Source: the human T2T-CHM13v2.0 reference genome, Homo sapiens. Taken from it: DNA of 64,000 nucleotides. Below, piece after piece: positions 16,101 to 27,791 of the stretch. Position numbers and translations under genes: made by a program. The stretch is from the NCBI GenBank assembly GCA_009914755.4, contig CP068257.2, forward strand, positions 24,512,001 to 24,576,000, written 5' to 3'. The first letter of the stretch is position 1, and the number at the start of each line of letters is the position of its first letter. The notes under the pieces are model-generated. The model made no database searches. It was not told where the DNA came from and saw only the letters and a list, made by a program, of their open reading frames with translations.

Positions 16101-16694
16101 GCTGCCGCCGCCAGCAGCCGCGAAAAGAGGTTGGAGCAAGGAAGGGGGATGGGGGTGAGAGAGGAAGGTGAAACGAGGCGGAGAACGCAGGGAAAAGCGA
16201 GGGGCTCCTAGCTTCCTGGGCTGTCCCGACTCCTCCTCCTCCTCCCCAGGGCCCAAGAGAAAGGAAAGGGCAACGATTCAAGAGCGAAGGACTGGCTTTA
16301 GGGACGCTGCGTTTTCGGTTTTCCCCACGTGCTCCTTCCCCCTTCCCCCCTGTCTGAATGTCTCTCGCCTCCCCCGACCCCCGCTTCCAAGGCAGGGACT
16401 AAGTCGGGGTCTGGGCTCAGGGTCGCCCCCTACCCTTCTCGCCCCGGGCTGGCGCGGAACCAGGGAGACCAGCGCCTCGCCCGCTCCCTCTCAGCGGGCC
16501 GGAGCGCGACTCCCTGGGGCAGGGCTGGGCCGAAAGCGGGGATGCGCTGGACGTCCGCAAGCGGGGGCGGAGAGGAGAGGGGTCCCATTGACGGACCCCC
16601 GGCTTCTCTGCATTAAAGACTTGGGTTAAGGTCTTGGGGGGTATCGCGTCCCCACCGTGCAGCCTCCCCCCGCCTTCCGAGGCGCGGCACCCAC

Positions 16695-16751
16695 CTCCAG
16701 CGCCCGAGCCGTCCAGGCGGCCAGCAGGAGCAGTGCCAAACCGGGCAGCAT
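16695..16751 (-). CDS. APP: APP exon 1 coding segment: Met1-Glu19 (signal peptide MLPGLALLLLAAWTARALE); phase-0 donor GAG|GTGGGT
   Basis: Reverse complement of 16695-16751 reads ATG CTG CCC GGT TTG GCA CTG CTC CTG CTG GCC GCC TGG ACG GCT CGG GCG CTG GAG, followed by GTGGGTGCC. Identical to the APP N-terminus and to the exon1/exon2 junction GCGCTGGAG|GTACCCACT in APP cDNA as I recall it. Corresponds to the in-frame internal Met of ORF 16626..16829(-). Confidence 0.93.
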
Positions 16752-16898
16752 CGCGACCCTGCGCGGGGCACCGAGTGCGCTGCTGTGCGAGTGGGATCCG
16801 CCGCGTCCTTGCTCTGCCCGCGCCGCCACCGCCGCCGTCTCCCGGGGCCCCCGCGCACGCTCCTCCGCGTGCTCTCGCCTACCGCTGCCGAGGAAACT
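16752..16898 (-). other. APP: APP 5'UTR (classical 147 nt; transcription start A at ~16898)
   Basis: Reverse complement reads AGTTTCCTCGGCAGCGGTAGGCGAGAGCACGCGGAGGAGCGTGCGCGGGGGCCCCGGGAGACGGCGGCGGTGGCGGCGCGGGCAGAGCAAGGACGCGGCGGATCCCACTCGCACAGCAGCGCACTCGGTGCCCCGCGCAGGGTCGCG then ATG. This matches my memory of the original APP cDNA 5' end. Longer 5'UTR RefSeq forms may start further upstream, up to ~17258. Confidence 0.85.
16805..16848 (-). promoter_or_regulatory. APP: Iron-responsive-element-like stem-loop in APP 5'UTR (CAGAGC loop), by recall of the published +51..+94 element
   Basis: Minus-strand sequence GCCCCGGGAGACGGCGGCGGTGGCGGCGCGGGCAGAGCAAGGAC contains the GGCAGAGCAAGGACGCGG motif described as the APP 5'UTR IRE. 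Position derived from TSS at 16898. Confidence 0.45.
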
Positions 16899-16938
16899 GA
16901 CGGAGCCCGAGCGCGGCGGCGGGGCTCAGAGCCAGGCG

Positions 16939-16950
16939 AGTCAGCTGATC
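16939..16950 (-). promoter_or_regulatory. APP: E-box/AP-4/USF site overlapping an AP-1-like half site (GGATCAGCTGAC), APB-alpha region about -45
   Basis: Plus strand gtcagctgatcc. CAGCTG is the E-box core and it is adjacent to TGACTCG. The position relative to TSS 16898 matches the published -45 element. Confidence 0.5.
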
Positions 16951-16967
16951 CGGCCCACCCCGCTCGG

Positions 16968-16998
16968 CACCCGAGAGAGACCCCTAGCGGCGCCGCCG
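16968..16998 (-). promoter_or_regulatory. APP: APB-beta / CTCF-binding region of the APP promoter (about -70 to -100)
   Basis: Minus-strand sequence CCGGCGGCGCCGCTAGGGGTCTCTCTCGGG. Matches my recall of the CTCF (APB-beta) footprint at -82..-93. Confidence 0.5.
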
Positions 16999-18644
16999 GG
17001 GAACTGCGCCCGCTCGCGCCGGGAGGGGCCCTCGCGCCCCGCGCCCACAGGTGCAGCGCCCTTGGCGCCGCCTGCACCCCACGCGCCCCCTCCGCTCCCC
17101 GGCCGACGGCCCACCTGGGCTTCGTGAACAGTGGGAGGGAGAGTCTGGGGCCAGGAGAGGGACGGTGCAGGATCAGGGAAAGGTGAGTCCTAGGACGCTG
17201 AGGCTCTAGAAAAGTCGAGAGCGCTCCTGCTCGTCCCCGTGAGCTTGAATCATCCGACCCCGCAGGCCTCCCGGGGGTGTCGTATAAAGGACTGCTGCTA
17301 GGGTGCGTTTTTATCCGCATTTCGTTTTTTCTCTCGGTTTGGAGAGGTGGGGCAGGCGTTTCTGGAAGAGAATGAGAACGAGTGAAGCTTAAAGGAAATA
17401 GGATTTTCTTTGCTTGTTGAGACAGCAAAACCTCATTTTTTAACCCCCAACGTCAAAAGCAGGCACGAGCAACCTGGAATTTCTATCTTTAGAACGAACC
17501 AAAGGAGCAAGGCGCAGGACCTGGCAAAGAAGCGGCCAACCCATTTACTTCTTCTTGAAAGCAGGGTTCTGGGCTTGGGTTTTGTTTCTTTCTTATATTT
17601 TTGTTTGTTTTTGGTTTTGTTTTGTTAAAGGGGGTGGTCAGTGTGGATTTTGCGGGGCGGGGGGTCTTTTTTTGTTGTTAAGCAGGGATGTAACATCCAT
17701 CTGAGTTGGGGAAGAAGGAAAAATTAGGAGAGATCATTCGTATTCGACCCCCGTAAATGAGGACTTCTGACCTCAAACGCTGCCCTTGTTCTTCATTGTG
17801 TCTGTCCTGAATTATAGAAATGAACCTTCTGCCATGCCACTTTCTCCTGGATTAAACACAAACCGTCCACTGTCCAGTTAGTGTCCAGATAGTTTAGAAT
17901 GCTCTAGAACTGCCCAGATGTATCCCCTGCTCTTGACCTGAAGTAGCATTTAGTTACCAAGCCACAGCCCACTCCACACAGGGCTTGGAGCGAAGGACTG
18001 AAGCCAGGGAGTGCTCTGGCCCTTCTGAGGGCTGCACTGCAGCCTGCCTTCTCTCCCCTGCTCATTGCGCTGACAAGGGTGCCTAGGCCCGGGAAGGATG
18101 GCTCAGCCAGCGGGGTACAGACTTCCTTCCTGGGAAGTCATTTCTGTACCAGCTCCCCTAAATGTTGTCTTGTGTGTCTTTTCCCGCACTAGGCATTCAG
18201 TCTTGACTCTTGGATTACTTTTGCCCCTGAATGTCCTTTGGATGTCCTCAACAAATAAGGACAAATATTTATTGTCATGCAGTATTTGTTTATACGCTTC
18301 ATGTCATTTACTTCCTACAAAAGCCAAAGAGGCTGTTACTATTATTCCTATTTATACATCAGGAAAATGAAGCTAATGAACTCCCAAATCTAATAGCAAG
18401 TAAGTGACATGAAGCTGGGACAGCAGGGAAAAGCCTAAAGTGACAGGACAAACCCAGTTGTTCACTTTCTGCACCACATTTACCCACCGCAATTCCGTAT
18501 TTGTTCCGGGTCTGCATGAGCAAATAAGGCAAAAAAGAAGGTATCTGAATGCAAAGAGAAACGTGGTCCAAAGCTACAAATCTTGCAGAGTCCACTGCAA
18601 AATGCAAACGTGAGACCCTTTGTTACATTATTAAGAATTTTAAG

Positions 18645-18949
<305 letters not shown>

Positions 18950-19087
18950 TTAAGAATTTTAAGATGGCAATGGCAGAGCGTTAAACCAAGCATGGGGCTC
19001 CTCCCACCGCAGGGCCTGTGAGACTCTCCAGGGTTGCATGCCCATGAAGCCAGCCCTGGGAAGGAGGAGGCAACTTTAAGAGTGAGG

Positions 19088-19609
<522 letters not shown>

Positions 19610-20394
19610 CTAGCTCTGTTCTGCATTTAATGCCATTTCCTGCCCTGAGGTGTCTTGCAGATCCTCCAAGCAGAAAACGCAGGAACATCCCTAGTTATAA
19701 CCCTACAAAGTTGGGGAAGGAACCAACAACCACTTGTCTGCTGGAATTCCTACAACAGCATCCCCATCCTAGTTTCAAGTGTCTCCATTTGTGAGATATT
19801 CACTGGCTCTCCAGACTGTGCATTCTATCTTTGGGCATTTCTGGTTACTAGAATGTTCTTATCCCATTTAAAGCTCACATCCCCCGCCTTTAAACTCCCA
19901 CTCAGATATCCTTGTATCCCCAGTGACCAAGCAGAATAATTCTTTTCCACACTTCAGATCTTTACAAATTTGCCAGCGGTTTTCATGCTACTTCTTCCTC
20001 TAGAGTCTTCTCTTCACAAGGTAAAACAGGCACTTCCTTCAACAGTTGCATAATGGCATGGTTTCTGGTTCCTTCCACACCTTGGCCATTCTCTAAATGT
20101 GTTCTGGCTTGTCTGTGTCTTTTTACAGTACTCGAAGTGTGCTCTGACTGCTGCAACATGGGAGATGTTGCCCACTACTCTGCCTGGAGCCTCATGTTGC
20201 ATTTGACTGTTTTAGTAACCGCATCCCACTGCAGACTCCAATTGGTCCAGATACCCCATTTCTATTTTATGCATAGTCTGCTGGGCCGCGTTTCTGTCGT
20301 CTTGTGTTTAGGCTGTTATCTGTGCCCTATAAATATCACCAAAAGCAATCGTTAAGTCTGAGCCAGATGAACCCTGCAGGGCTGCCATAACTTA

Positions 20395-20745
20395 CCATAG
20401 ACTGGATGGATCAAACACCAGAAATGTATTTCCTCACATTTCAGGAGGCTGGAAGTCTGAAATCGAGGTGTTGGCTGAGTTGGTTACTTCTGAGGCCTCT
20501 CTCCTTGGCTTGCAGATGGCCACCTTCTCCCTGTATTCTCACATGGTCTTCCCTCTGTGTCTTACTGTGCCCTAATCTCCTCTTGTTATAAGGACAGCAG
20601 ATATTGGGTTAGGATCCATGCTAATGACCTCATTTAACCTTAATTACATCTTTGACCCTATCTCCAAATATGGTCACATTTTGAGACACTGTCGGGTTAG
20701 GACTTCAACATATGAATTTGGGGGTGGGGGTACATAATATGTCCT
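20395..20745 (-). mobile_element. ERVL LTR fragment (MLT2-like), minus orientation
   Basis: ...ttctgaggcctctctccttggcttgcagatggccaccttctccctgt ... gtcacattttgagacactgtcgggttaggacttcaacatatgaatttggggg. This is the reverse complement of the MLT2 LTR start motif TGTAGTGGGTTGAATGGTGTCCCCCAAA...GTTGAAGTCCTAACCC. Confidence 0.6.
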
Positions 20746-21059
20746 TCTTTAGAACAGCTAAGACTTATTCTATAATCCTGTCACTCATCTTTGGCCTTTA
20801 TTTCCAGTGACCTTTCTTTCATTTTCAGTCTGAAGATCATTCAACTCAACAGAAAAAAAAAAAATAGAAATGGAAGAGATCTACTTTCTGTCTGTCCTGC
20901 ATCAGCATTGCATCATGATCCCCATGCAGCTGGCTTACCCCTCCCGCAATCATCAGGCTCTGAAAAGAAAGAAAATGACCTTTTATACTTTCCTTTAGAA
21001 AATTTTGTCAAAGCTTAAACATTGACATTTAATGACATTTAAAATCTGTATTAGTTTAC

Positions 21060-21430
21060 TAGAGCTGCCATAACAAAATATCACAGACTGGGTGGCTTAA
21101 ACCAAGAAATTTATTTTCTCACAGTTCCAGAAAAGTCTAAGATCAAGATGCAGATAGGATTGGAATCCTCAGAGGTCTCCTTGGCTTGCAGATGGCTGCA
21201 CCCTTGCTAAGTCCTCACACGTTCTTTCCTCTGCACAGGTACCTCTGGTATTTCTGTGTGTCCTAATCTCCTCCTCTTACAAGAATACCAGCCAGATTAT
21301 ATTAGGGCCCACGCCAGTGGCCTTAATTTAATTAGCTCTTCAAAGGCCCTACCCAAATACAGTCATGTTCTAAGGTACTGGGGGTTAGGGCTTCAACATA
21401 TGAATTTTGGGGGAACATAAGTCTATAACC
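21060..21430 (-). mobile_element. Second ERVL LTR copy (MLT2-like), same orientation, 315 bp downstream of the first
   Basis: ctgccataacaaaatatcacagactgggtggcttaaaccaagaaatttattttctcacagttccagaaaagtctaagatcaag ... ggccctacccaaatacagtcatgttctaaggtactgggggttagggcttcaacatatgaattttggggg. Confidence 0.6.
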
Positions 21431-22974
21431 AAACCTCTAAAATTCCCCTAAAATTATTCTCACATTTTAAGCTACTCTGATGTCCGTCCTTGGGAGTGGA
21501 TTCCTTCTACTTTTTATTCATGTCCTTTTGAAATCAGAAACCTTCCTAGGTAATTAGAATATTTCTTTAGCTGCTTCCTGGTTGAATATATGGATTACTT
21601 AGCCACTCCAGACTTCCGGTAGTGTTGGGAATTACCATGCTTTCCATGAAGATGTGAGCTTGCTGGGTATCATGTACGTTGGCAGACGCAGTGACGTATT
21701 TGAGAGTTTCACATGCCTCTTAACCTGTCTTTCCTCCCAGAACCGTGTGCTAACTCCTCATCAAAGACCAGAAGTAGATCCTGAATTGTATTCATTCTCA
21801 TCTCTTTCTACCTCCTCCAAGACAGAAGGACATGATTAACTTCTTTATCTCAATGTCAGCCTTCAATAGCTACAAAAGTCTAAACTGTAAATAGCGTTGA
21901 AGCTTTGCATAATAAAATTCTTTTCCCCAGTGATGGGCAGTTTTTCACATAGTAACATTCTTTTAATCTTTTTTTCTTTTTAATGAGTAGACATAAAGAA
22001 ATGCTTAAATAAATAATTATCAACTAACTTACCTACATTTAACTACACATACCTAACAGACCTGAATATAGGCAGAGGATGTGACATTTTACTTACCCTT
22101 TTATTAAAGTTACTGCTTCATTTATTGGTCTTTACTTCACTAATGCATCCATAAAATGTTTACATTTTTTTAAACAATAAAATACTCTTGAAATTAGTCC
22201 TTCTCTGTAATCACTACATAAAACTGCTTTAGAGACAGCCTTCAGATCAACTAAATTATATTTTACAAAATGGCTTAGGTATTTCAGTAGTAACTCTATG
22301 GAACAACAGAATTCACTGTTTAACCAGGGACCAATATTGGCAGCTGGCTTCCATAACTTGTTTGAGGAATGTAGTAATTCCAAGGTTGCTGCAAGGACTA
22401 ATGTACAGGAATATTCCTGTATTTTATGGAATAAAAAGGAAGAACGAGAGGAGAAAGAAATAGATAGTACATACCAACCCCAGAGGTAGGGAGTATGAAA
22501 ATCAATCAAGTAGCCAGAAGATGTAATGGAGCCATGTGGGTCTTACGTCAGTTCTCTTCCTTAGAGAACTTTGGATAATAGGGCAACAATATGCTCTGGT
22601 GGAAAAGAACTCAGGCCTTGAGAAAGCCTGAGCACTACAGTTTCTGAAGAATGCTCCTTTCATTAGGTGGTGTGGTGATGAATTGTAAAGGCACCCAGCA
22701 CAGTGCCTGGTTTACCATAGAAATCGGTTCTTTTTTCTTGAGAGAACAACAATTCGCAATAGCTGTCACTTAAGTGACCAGCATAATCCTGGCTTTGAGC
22801 TTGCCAGGGGCTGCCAGTTAGAACAATGGCTGTCAACCCCGTGTTATTTATTTAGATTTCCTAAGTAATGTTTTGCTAATAAAAGCTCCAAATTTGTGAG
22901 TGATTTACTCTTGTTTTATTTATTTAATAAAGTGGCACGATTTATTAATTTAATTAATTATTTAATTAATTATT

Positions 22975-23217
22975 AGCAGTGGCACAATCTCAGCTCACTG
23001 CAACCTCTACCTCCTGGGCTCAAGTGATCCTTCACCTCAGCCTCCAGAGTAGCTGGGGCTACAGGTGCGCACTACCATGTCCAGCTAATTTGTGTACTTT
23101 TTGTAGAGATGGGGTCTTGCCATGTTATCCAGGTTGGTCTTAAACTCCTGAGCTCGTGATCCACCCTCCTTGATCTCCTAAAATGCAGGGATTATAGGCA
23201 TGAGCCACTGTGTCTGG
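22975..23217 (-). mobile_element. Alu SINE, partial (lacks the poly(T) end and ~40 bp); preceded by a TTAA-rich simple repeat at 22920-22974
   Basis: agcagtggcacaatctcagctcactgcaacctctacctcctgggctcaagtgatcc ... gggattataggcatgagccactgtgtctgg. Confidence 0.85.
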
Positions 23218-24873
23218 TTGATTTATTTTAATTTAAATAAAAGCAACTCGAGGTTAGCATCATATCAGGCTACTCTCAGTTGTATTCTAGTATCTCTCTT
23301 GAGTGTGGGAGTAAGGGATGGAGCTGTAGCTAGTTTGCTGAGAACTGGACAAAACCCTGACCACTCCCTAGGGCGTGTGCCTAGGATGTGAAAGATATGC
23401 CTCCTGTTTTCAGACGGCACCGTGCTTGGAAAGGCTGCTTGCCAGAGGTGTTGAAAGGATGCCACTGGGCTGGTCCTGCACAATGGAAGACCACATCACA
23501 TGCTCCAAGAGAGTCACTCCCCAGAGCAGCTGCAGGAAGCCACAGCTCTGTGGCCTGGGATCCTTGCCACACTGAATATTAGTGATAGACATTGGAGCCG
23601 AGGGGATCTTATGCTTCAAGGCAGCTGGATCTCTTTTTTACTGGTCAAATCATACCTAAGGATTGTCTTTCGTGTCCTAGAGACTTTGATGAGTAATTCA
23701 ACTTTTAAAATCCAAGTGAAGGCTGTGGCTAGAGAAGCATGAGCTAAACCTAAAATGAATGGGAACATTACAGTCTAACAAGCCTTGAGAATTCAGGTTC
23801 ACATTCCCTAAAGAAACAACATCCTGAATGATGAAACAAACACACAAACCAACCAACAATTTGTGATGTGAGATACCAAAACAGACACCCCTTTATCACC
23901 TAAGATGGACTGTAAGGTTAAGGAAACAAAGTTACCTACAGGGTTAGGGTTCGGGGACTGGCTGGCATGACCAATTTCTCAATTTCTATGGCTCTAAACT
24001 CCCTAATAATAGGAACTATCAGCCCCATCCTGTGATTTACAACCCAGACCACTACAACTCTAATTGGAATGAGGACCAGCCTTACAAACATTCTTTTCTG
24101 ATAAGCAATTGCAGACCTTAAGCCAGTGTCAGCCAGTTTATTAGAGGCTGTGCACAAACTGTCTTTGGGTCCTGTAGTTCACCTTTTGATGTAAAGAGCC
24201 AAATTTTACCTCATTTTAACACTAAAACCCTGCCCCAAAGTGTACATGGGATGTCACATACATATTTACCCATTGCACATGCACTCAGCTCCCCTCATAA
24301 ATATGTATATCTTTTCCTCCAAACCTGCTGAATATGTATGACTCCACTGTGTGAAACAGACCCTGTGAGGCATGAAACCCAACTGTCCTTCCTCTCTTTT
24401 GAAGAGAGACCACATTCAGCATACACCGAAGACTATGTCTTCCGGGTTTGCAAATTGATATTGCCAATAAAGCTCTCCTTTCTGTTATTTAGCCATCACG
24501 ATGGTCTTTTGAATGATAAATTCACAAAAGCACCAAATCATTCAATATACAACGTTGTCCCTGAGCAAACACCCAACTTTATCCCTTAAATAACATTTTT
24601 GTCCCGTGTGTAATTTATTCAGTTAAATATAACTATTAGAAATGAAAGTGTTCAGTATTGGTGGATCAATAAAAAATTTTTATATTCTCACTTTGGGTGG
24701 GAATTAAAAAAAAACTGGTTCATTTGCTCCCATTAAGGAGCTAATGTTTATATGAGAAAAATATCTGGGCAAGAAAAAGAAAAGGCACAGTGAAAAAAGT
24801 ACATCAGTAAATACAATTTAGTATAAAGTATTTGTGCACATATATGTGAATTCATCAGAAGAAAAGTAAGGAT

Positions 24874-24992
24874 CAGGCCTGGTGGCTTGTGCCTATAATC
24901 CCAGCATTTTGGGAGGCCAAGGCAGGAGGATCACTTGAGCCTAGGAGTTCAAGACCAGTTTGGGCTCAAAATGAGACCCTGTCTCTACAAAA
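24874..24992 (+). mobile_element. Alu left-monomer-like fragment (FLAM/FAM-like)
   Basis: caggcctggtggcttgtgcctataatcccagcattttgggaggccaaggcaggaggatcacttgagcctaggagttcaagaccagtttgggctcaaaatgagaccctgtctctacaaaaaataaaat. Confidence 0.75.
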
Positions 24993-25025
24993 AATAAAAT
25001 ATATTTTTTAAAATTTAAAAATTTT

Positions 25026-25278
<253 letters not shown>

Positions 25279-25489
25279 TTAAAAAGAAAATGAGAGTTAC
25301 AGACCTGTAGCGTTGGAAGGGTGAATAAGGGACCTTCAGAGGAGGTTTTTTGTTTTTGTTTTTTATCAGGGTATTTGATAACAACCATTAAGAAAGAAGA
25401 AAGGAGGATGTTCGAAGGAGAAACCATGTAAATACATCAAGAGTGTTCATGATGGGGGTGGTAAGTGGGAGTTAGCTATAGGAAGAGGT

Positions 25490-25800
25490 TTTTTTTTTTG
25501 TTTTTTTTTTTTTGAGACTGACTCTTGCTCTGTCACCTGGGCTGGAGTGCGGTGGTTTGATCTCCACTCACTGCAGCCTCCCCCGCTGCCCCGGGTTCAA
25601 GTGATTCTCCTGACTCAGCCTCCCGAGTAGCTGGGATTACAGGCACGCACCACCAGGTCCGGCTAATTTTTGTATTTTTTAGTACAGACAGGGCTTCACC
25701 ATGTTGGCCAGGCTGGTCTTGAACTCTTGACCTCAAGTGATCTGCCTGCCTCAGCTGCCTAAAGTGTTGGAATTACAGGCATGAGCCAGCACAACCGGCC
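25490..25800 (-). mobile_element. Alu SINE with a 10-bp perfect TSD
   Basis: poly(T) + gagactgactcttgctctgtcacctgggctggagtgcggtgg ... ggaattacaggcatgagccagcacaaccggcc. TSD aggaagaggt at 25480-25489 and 25801-25810. Confidence 0.9.
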
Positions 25801-26292
25801 AGGAAGAGGTCTTAATGTTAGAAGACCTGAGGAATTTAGGTCAGATGGAATAGGCAGCAGTGGGCAATTAGTCACTACAGATTTACCAATCATGATCTGA
25901 CATTTTAACATTTCTAGAGGCTTGTCCACGGGGAAAGTATAGGGAGATTCAGAGGATGAAAAAGTTGAGATTGGGAAGAGAAGGAAGAAGAATGTGCCAG
26001 AGGTTCCAGGAATGAACATAGATAGGGTCTGTGAAAAGTTTGTGAAAAAATCACACAAGGACATCTTATTACTAATAAGGATGCCTAAGGATTACAGTGT
26101 GTCAGGCTGAGGACGTATACAGACGGGATCTCTGAATACTCATGAGTTGTATTGGGTTAACATTGCATGTCACAAATGAAGAGGTGAAAGAGTAAGGGGA
26201 AGAGAAAGGAGGGTTTGTACCCAGTTCTGTCTAACCTGGACACCTTTAGTGACAATGCTGAACTGCAAAGGAGAAAAAGTGATTTGAAAACT

Positions 26293-26612
26293 TTTTTTTT
26301 TTTTTTTTTGAGACAGAGTCTCAGTCTTGCTGTCTTGCCCAGGCTTGAGTACAGTGGCGTGATCTTGGCTCACGGCAACCTCCGCCTCCAGAACTCAAGC
26401 TATCCTCCTGCCTCAGCCTCCTGAGTAGGGGTGGGATTGCAGGCACACATACACCTGGCTAATTTTTTTTTTTTTTGTATTTTGTATTTTTAGTAGAGAT
26501 AGGGGTTTCATCATGTTGCCTAGGCTGGTCTTGAACTCCTGGCCTCAAGTGATCCACCCGCCTCAGCCTCCCAAAGTGCTGTGATTGCAGGCATGAGCCA
26601 CTGCACCTGGCC
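26293..26612 (-). mobile_element. Alu SINE
   Basis: T17 + gagacagagtctcagtcttgctgtcttgcccaggcttgagtacagtggcgtgatcttggctcacggcaacctccgcctcc ... gtgattgcaggcatgagccactgcacctggcc. Confidence 0.9.
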
Positions 26613-27791
26613 TGAAATCTTTTTTTTTAAATGAGGGAAATAATAAATTTAATGTTCATTTTGTAGGTGGAAATCAGAAGTACATGCAATAGGAATTAAC
26701 TTGAATATGATGCATAAAGTTTGAAGCAAAGGTGAGTGATAGATGAACATTGGTGATGTAACTCCGGAAGTTGTCTGTCATAACTGATGACTTATCCCCA
26801 TCATATGTGCTGAAAACTACTCAGATGAAGTTAACAACCTGATATTACAAAATAAGCATATATATTTTGTGTTTATAAGAACCTAATAATCATCTGGAGA
26901 CTTAGTACTTGGGGGGTGAGCTATAGATAGCCCTGTGTATCAGGGTTTTCCAAACAAACAGAACCAATGGGATATATATAGATATATAAAGACACTTCTT
27001 ATAGGAATTGGCTCAGGAGATTATAAAGGCCAAGAAGTTCCAATATGTGCCCCCTGCAAGCCGAAGAACCAGGAAATCCAGTGTAATTCTTGCATGTGAA
27101 GCTGAAGGGCTGAAGAGTGGCTGCTGGTATTGAAGGCTCAAGAACCTGGAGCTCTGAAGTCAAGGGCAGGAGCAGATGATGGATGTCCCAGCTTCAGAAG
27201 AGAGAGCAAATTTGCCTTCCTCCACCTCTTTTATGATTCCTATGCTCAGTTAATTGAATGATGCCCACTCACATTAGTGAGGATGGGTTTTTGATACCCA
27301 GTCTATTGATTCAAATGCTAATCTCTTCCAGAAATACTCTCACAGACTCTCCCAGAAATAATATTTTACCAGCTGTCTGGGCATCCCTTAACCCAGGATG
27401 GGCTAAGAGACAAGTGGACACATAAAGTTAACCACCATACCCTGTAAATATGGTATGAGAAGGGATCGAGTCATATTTCATATCAAGATTATTTTCCAAT
27501 GCATAGATGCCTTGGAATAATACTTCTTATAAAATAATGAGTAACATTTTCTAGCACAAGTTCCAAACTGTGTACCATGGAACCCTAGCTCGGTCATATG
27601 TTGCTCGGTATTGCATGCATACCCGAAAAGAATTCTGTAATCAAGTAACTTTGAGAAATAAGAGGTTAAACAAAATTAAACAAATACCTTCACTTTAAAA
27701 TGCATACAATTCTTTAAGATGATAATCTGCATTTTGAATTTTAAAGAGGGTAGGTAGCTTCAGTATGTAGCATCACTCCCTCTCCCTATTT

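Larger units (their letters stand above)
15480..17300. promoter_or_regulatory. APP: CpG island spanning APP promoter, exon 1 and proximal intron 1
   Basis: Abrupt shift to very high GC and dense CpG content (e.g. ccgccgcgtccttgctctgcccgcgccgccaccgccgccg). Cluster of overlapping low-complexity ORFs on both strands. Boundaries estimated by eye. Confidence 0.8.
16899..17300 (-). promoter_or_regulatory. APP: APP proximal promoter (GC-rich, TATA-less in classical descriptions)
   Basis: Sits immediately upstream (minus sense) of the TSS. GC boxes (CCCCGCC) present. CAGCTGACTCG E-box/AP-1-like site at about -45. CCGCTAGGGGTCTCTC (APB-beta/CTCF region) at about -80 to -95. Imperfect HSE cTCTAGAAaa at about -317. 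TGATTCA AP-1-like site at about -350. All positions are consistent with the published APP promoter architecture as I recall it. Confidence 0.8.

Noticed and set aside
17284-17289. TATAAA as definitive evidence of a TATA-box promoter for APP
   Set aside because: APP is classically TATA-less with a dispersed GC-rich promoter. A single hexamer in 64 kb is expected by chance many times. It is kept only as a low-interest hypothesis under findings, not as a feature call.
15467-17428. Cluster of long overlapping ORFs on both strands in the GC-rich region, including the 271-aa ORF 16613..17428(-) and ORFs of 190, 194, 153, 156 and 133 aa
   Set aside because: They are confined to the CpG island, where stop codons (AT-rich) are rare. 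Their translations are low-complexity and Pro/Arg/Gly/Ala-rich, and they overlap each other in multiple frames. The one real coding segment here is the short APP exon 1 (16695-16751), which uses a different frame from the 271-aa ORF. This is the classic GC-content artefact.
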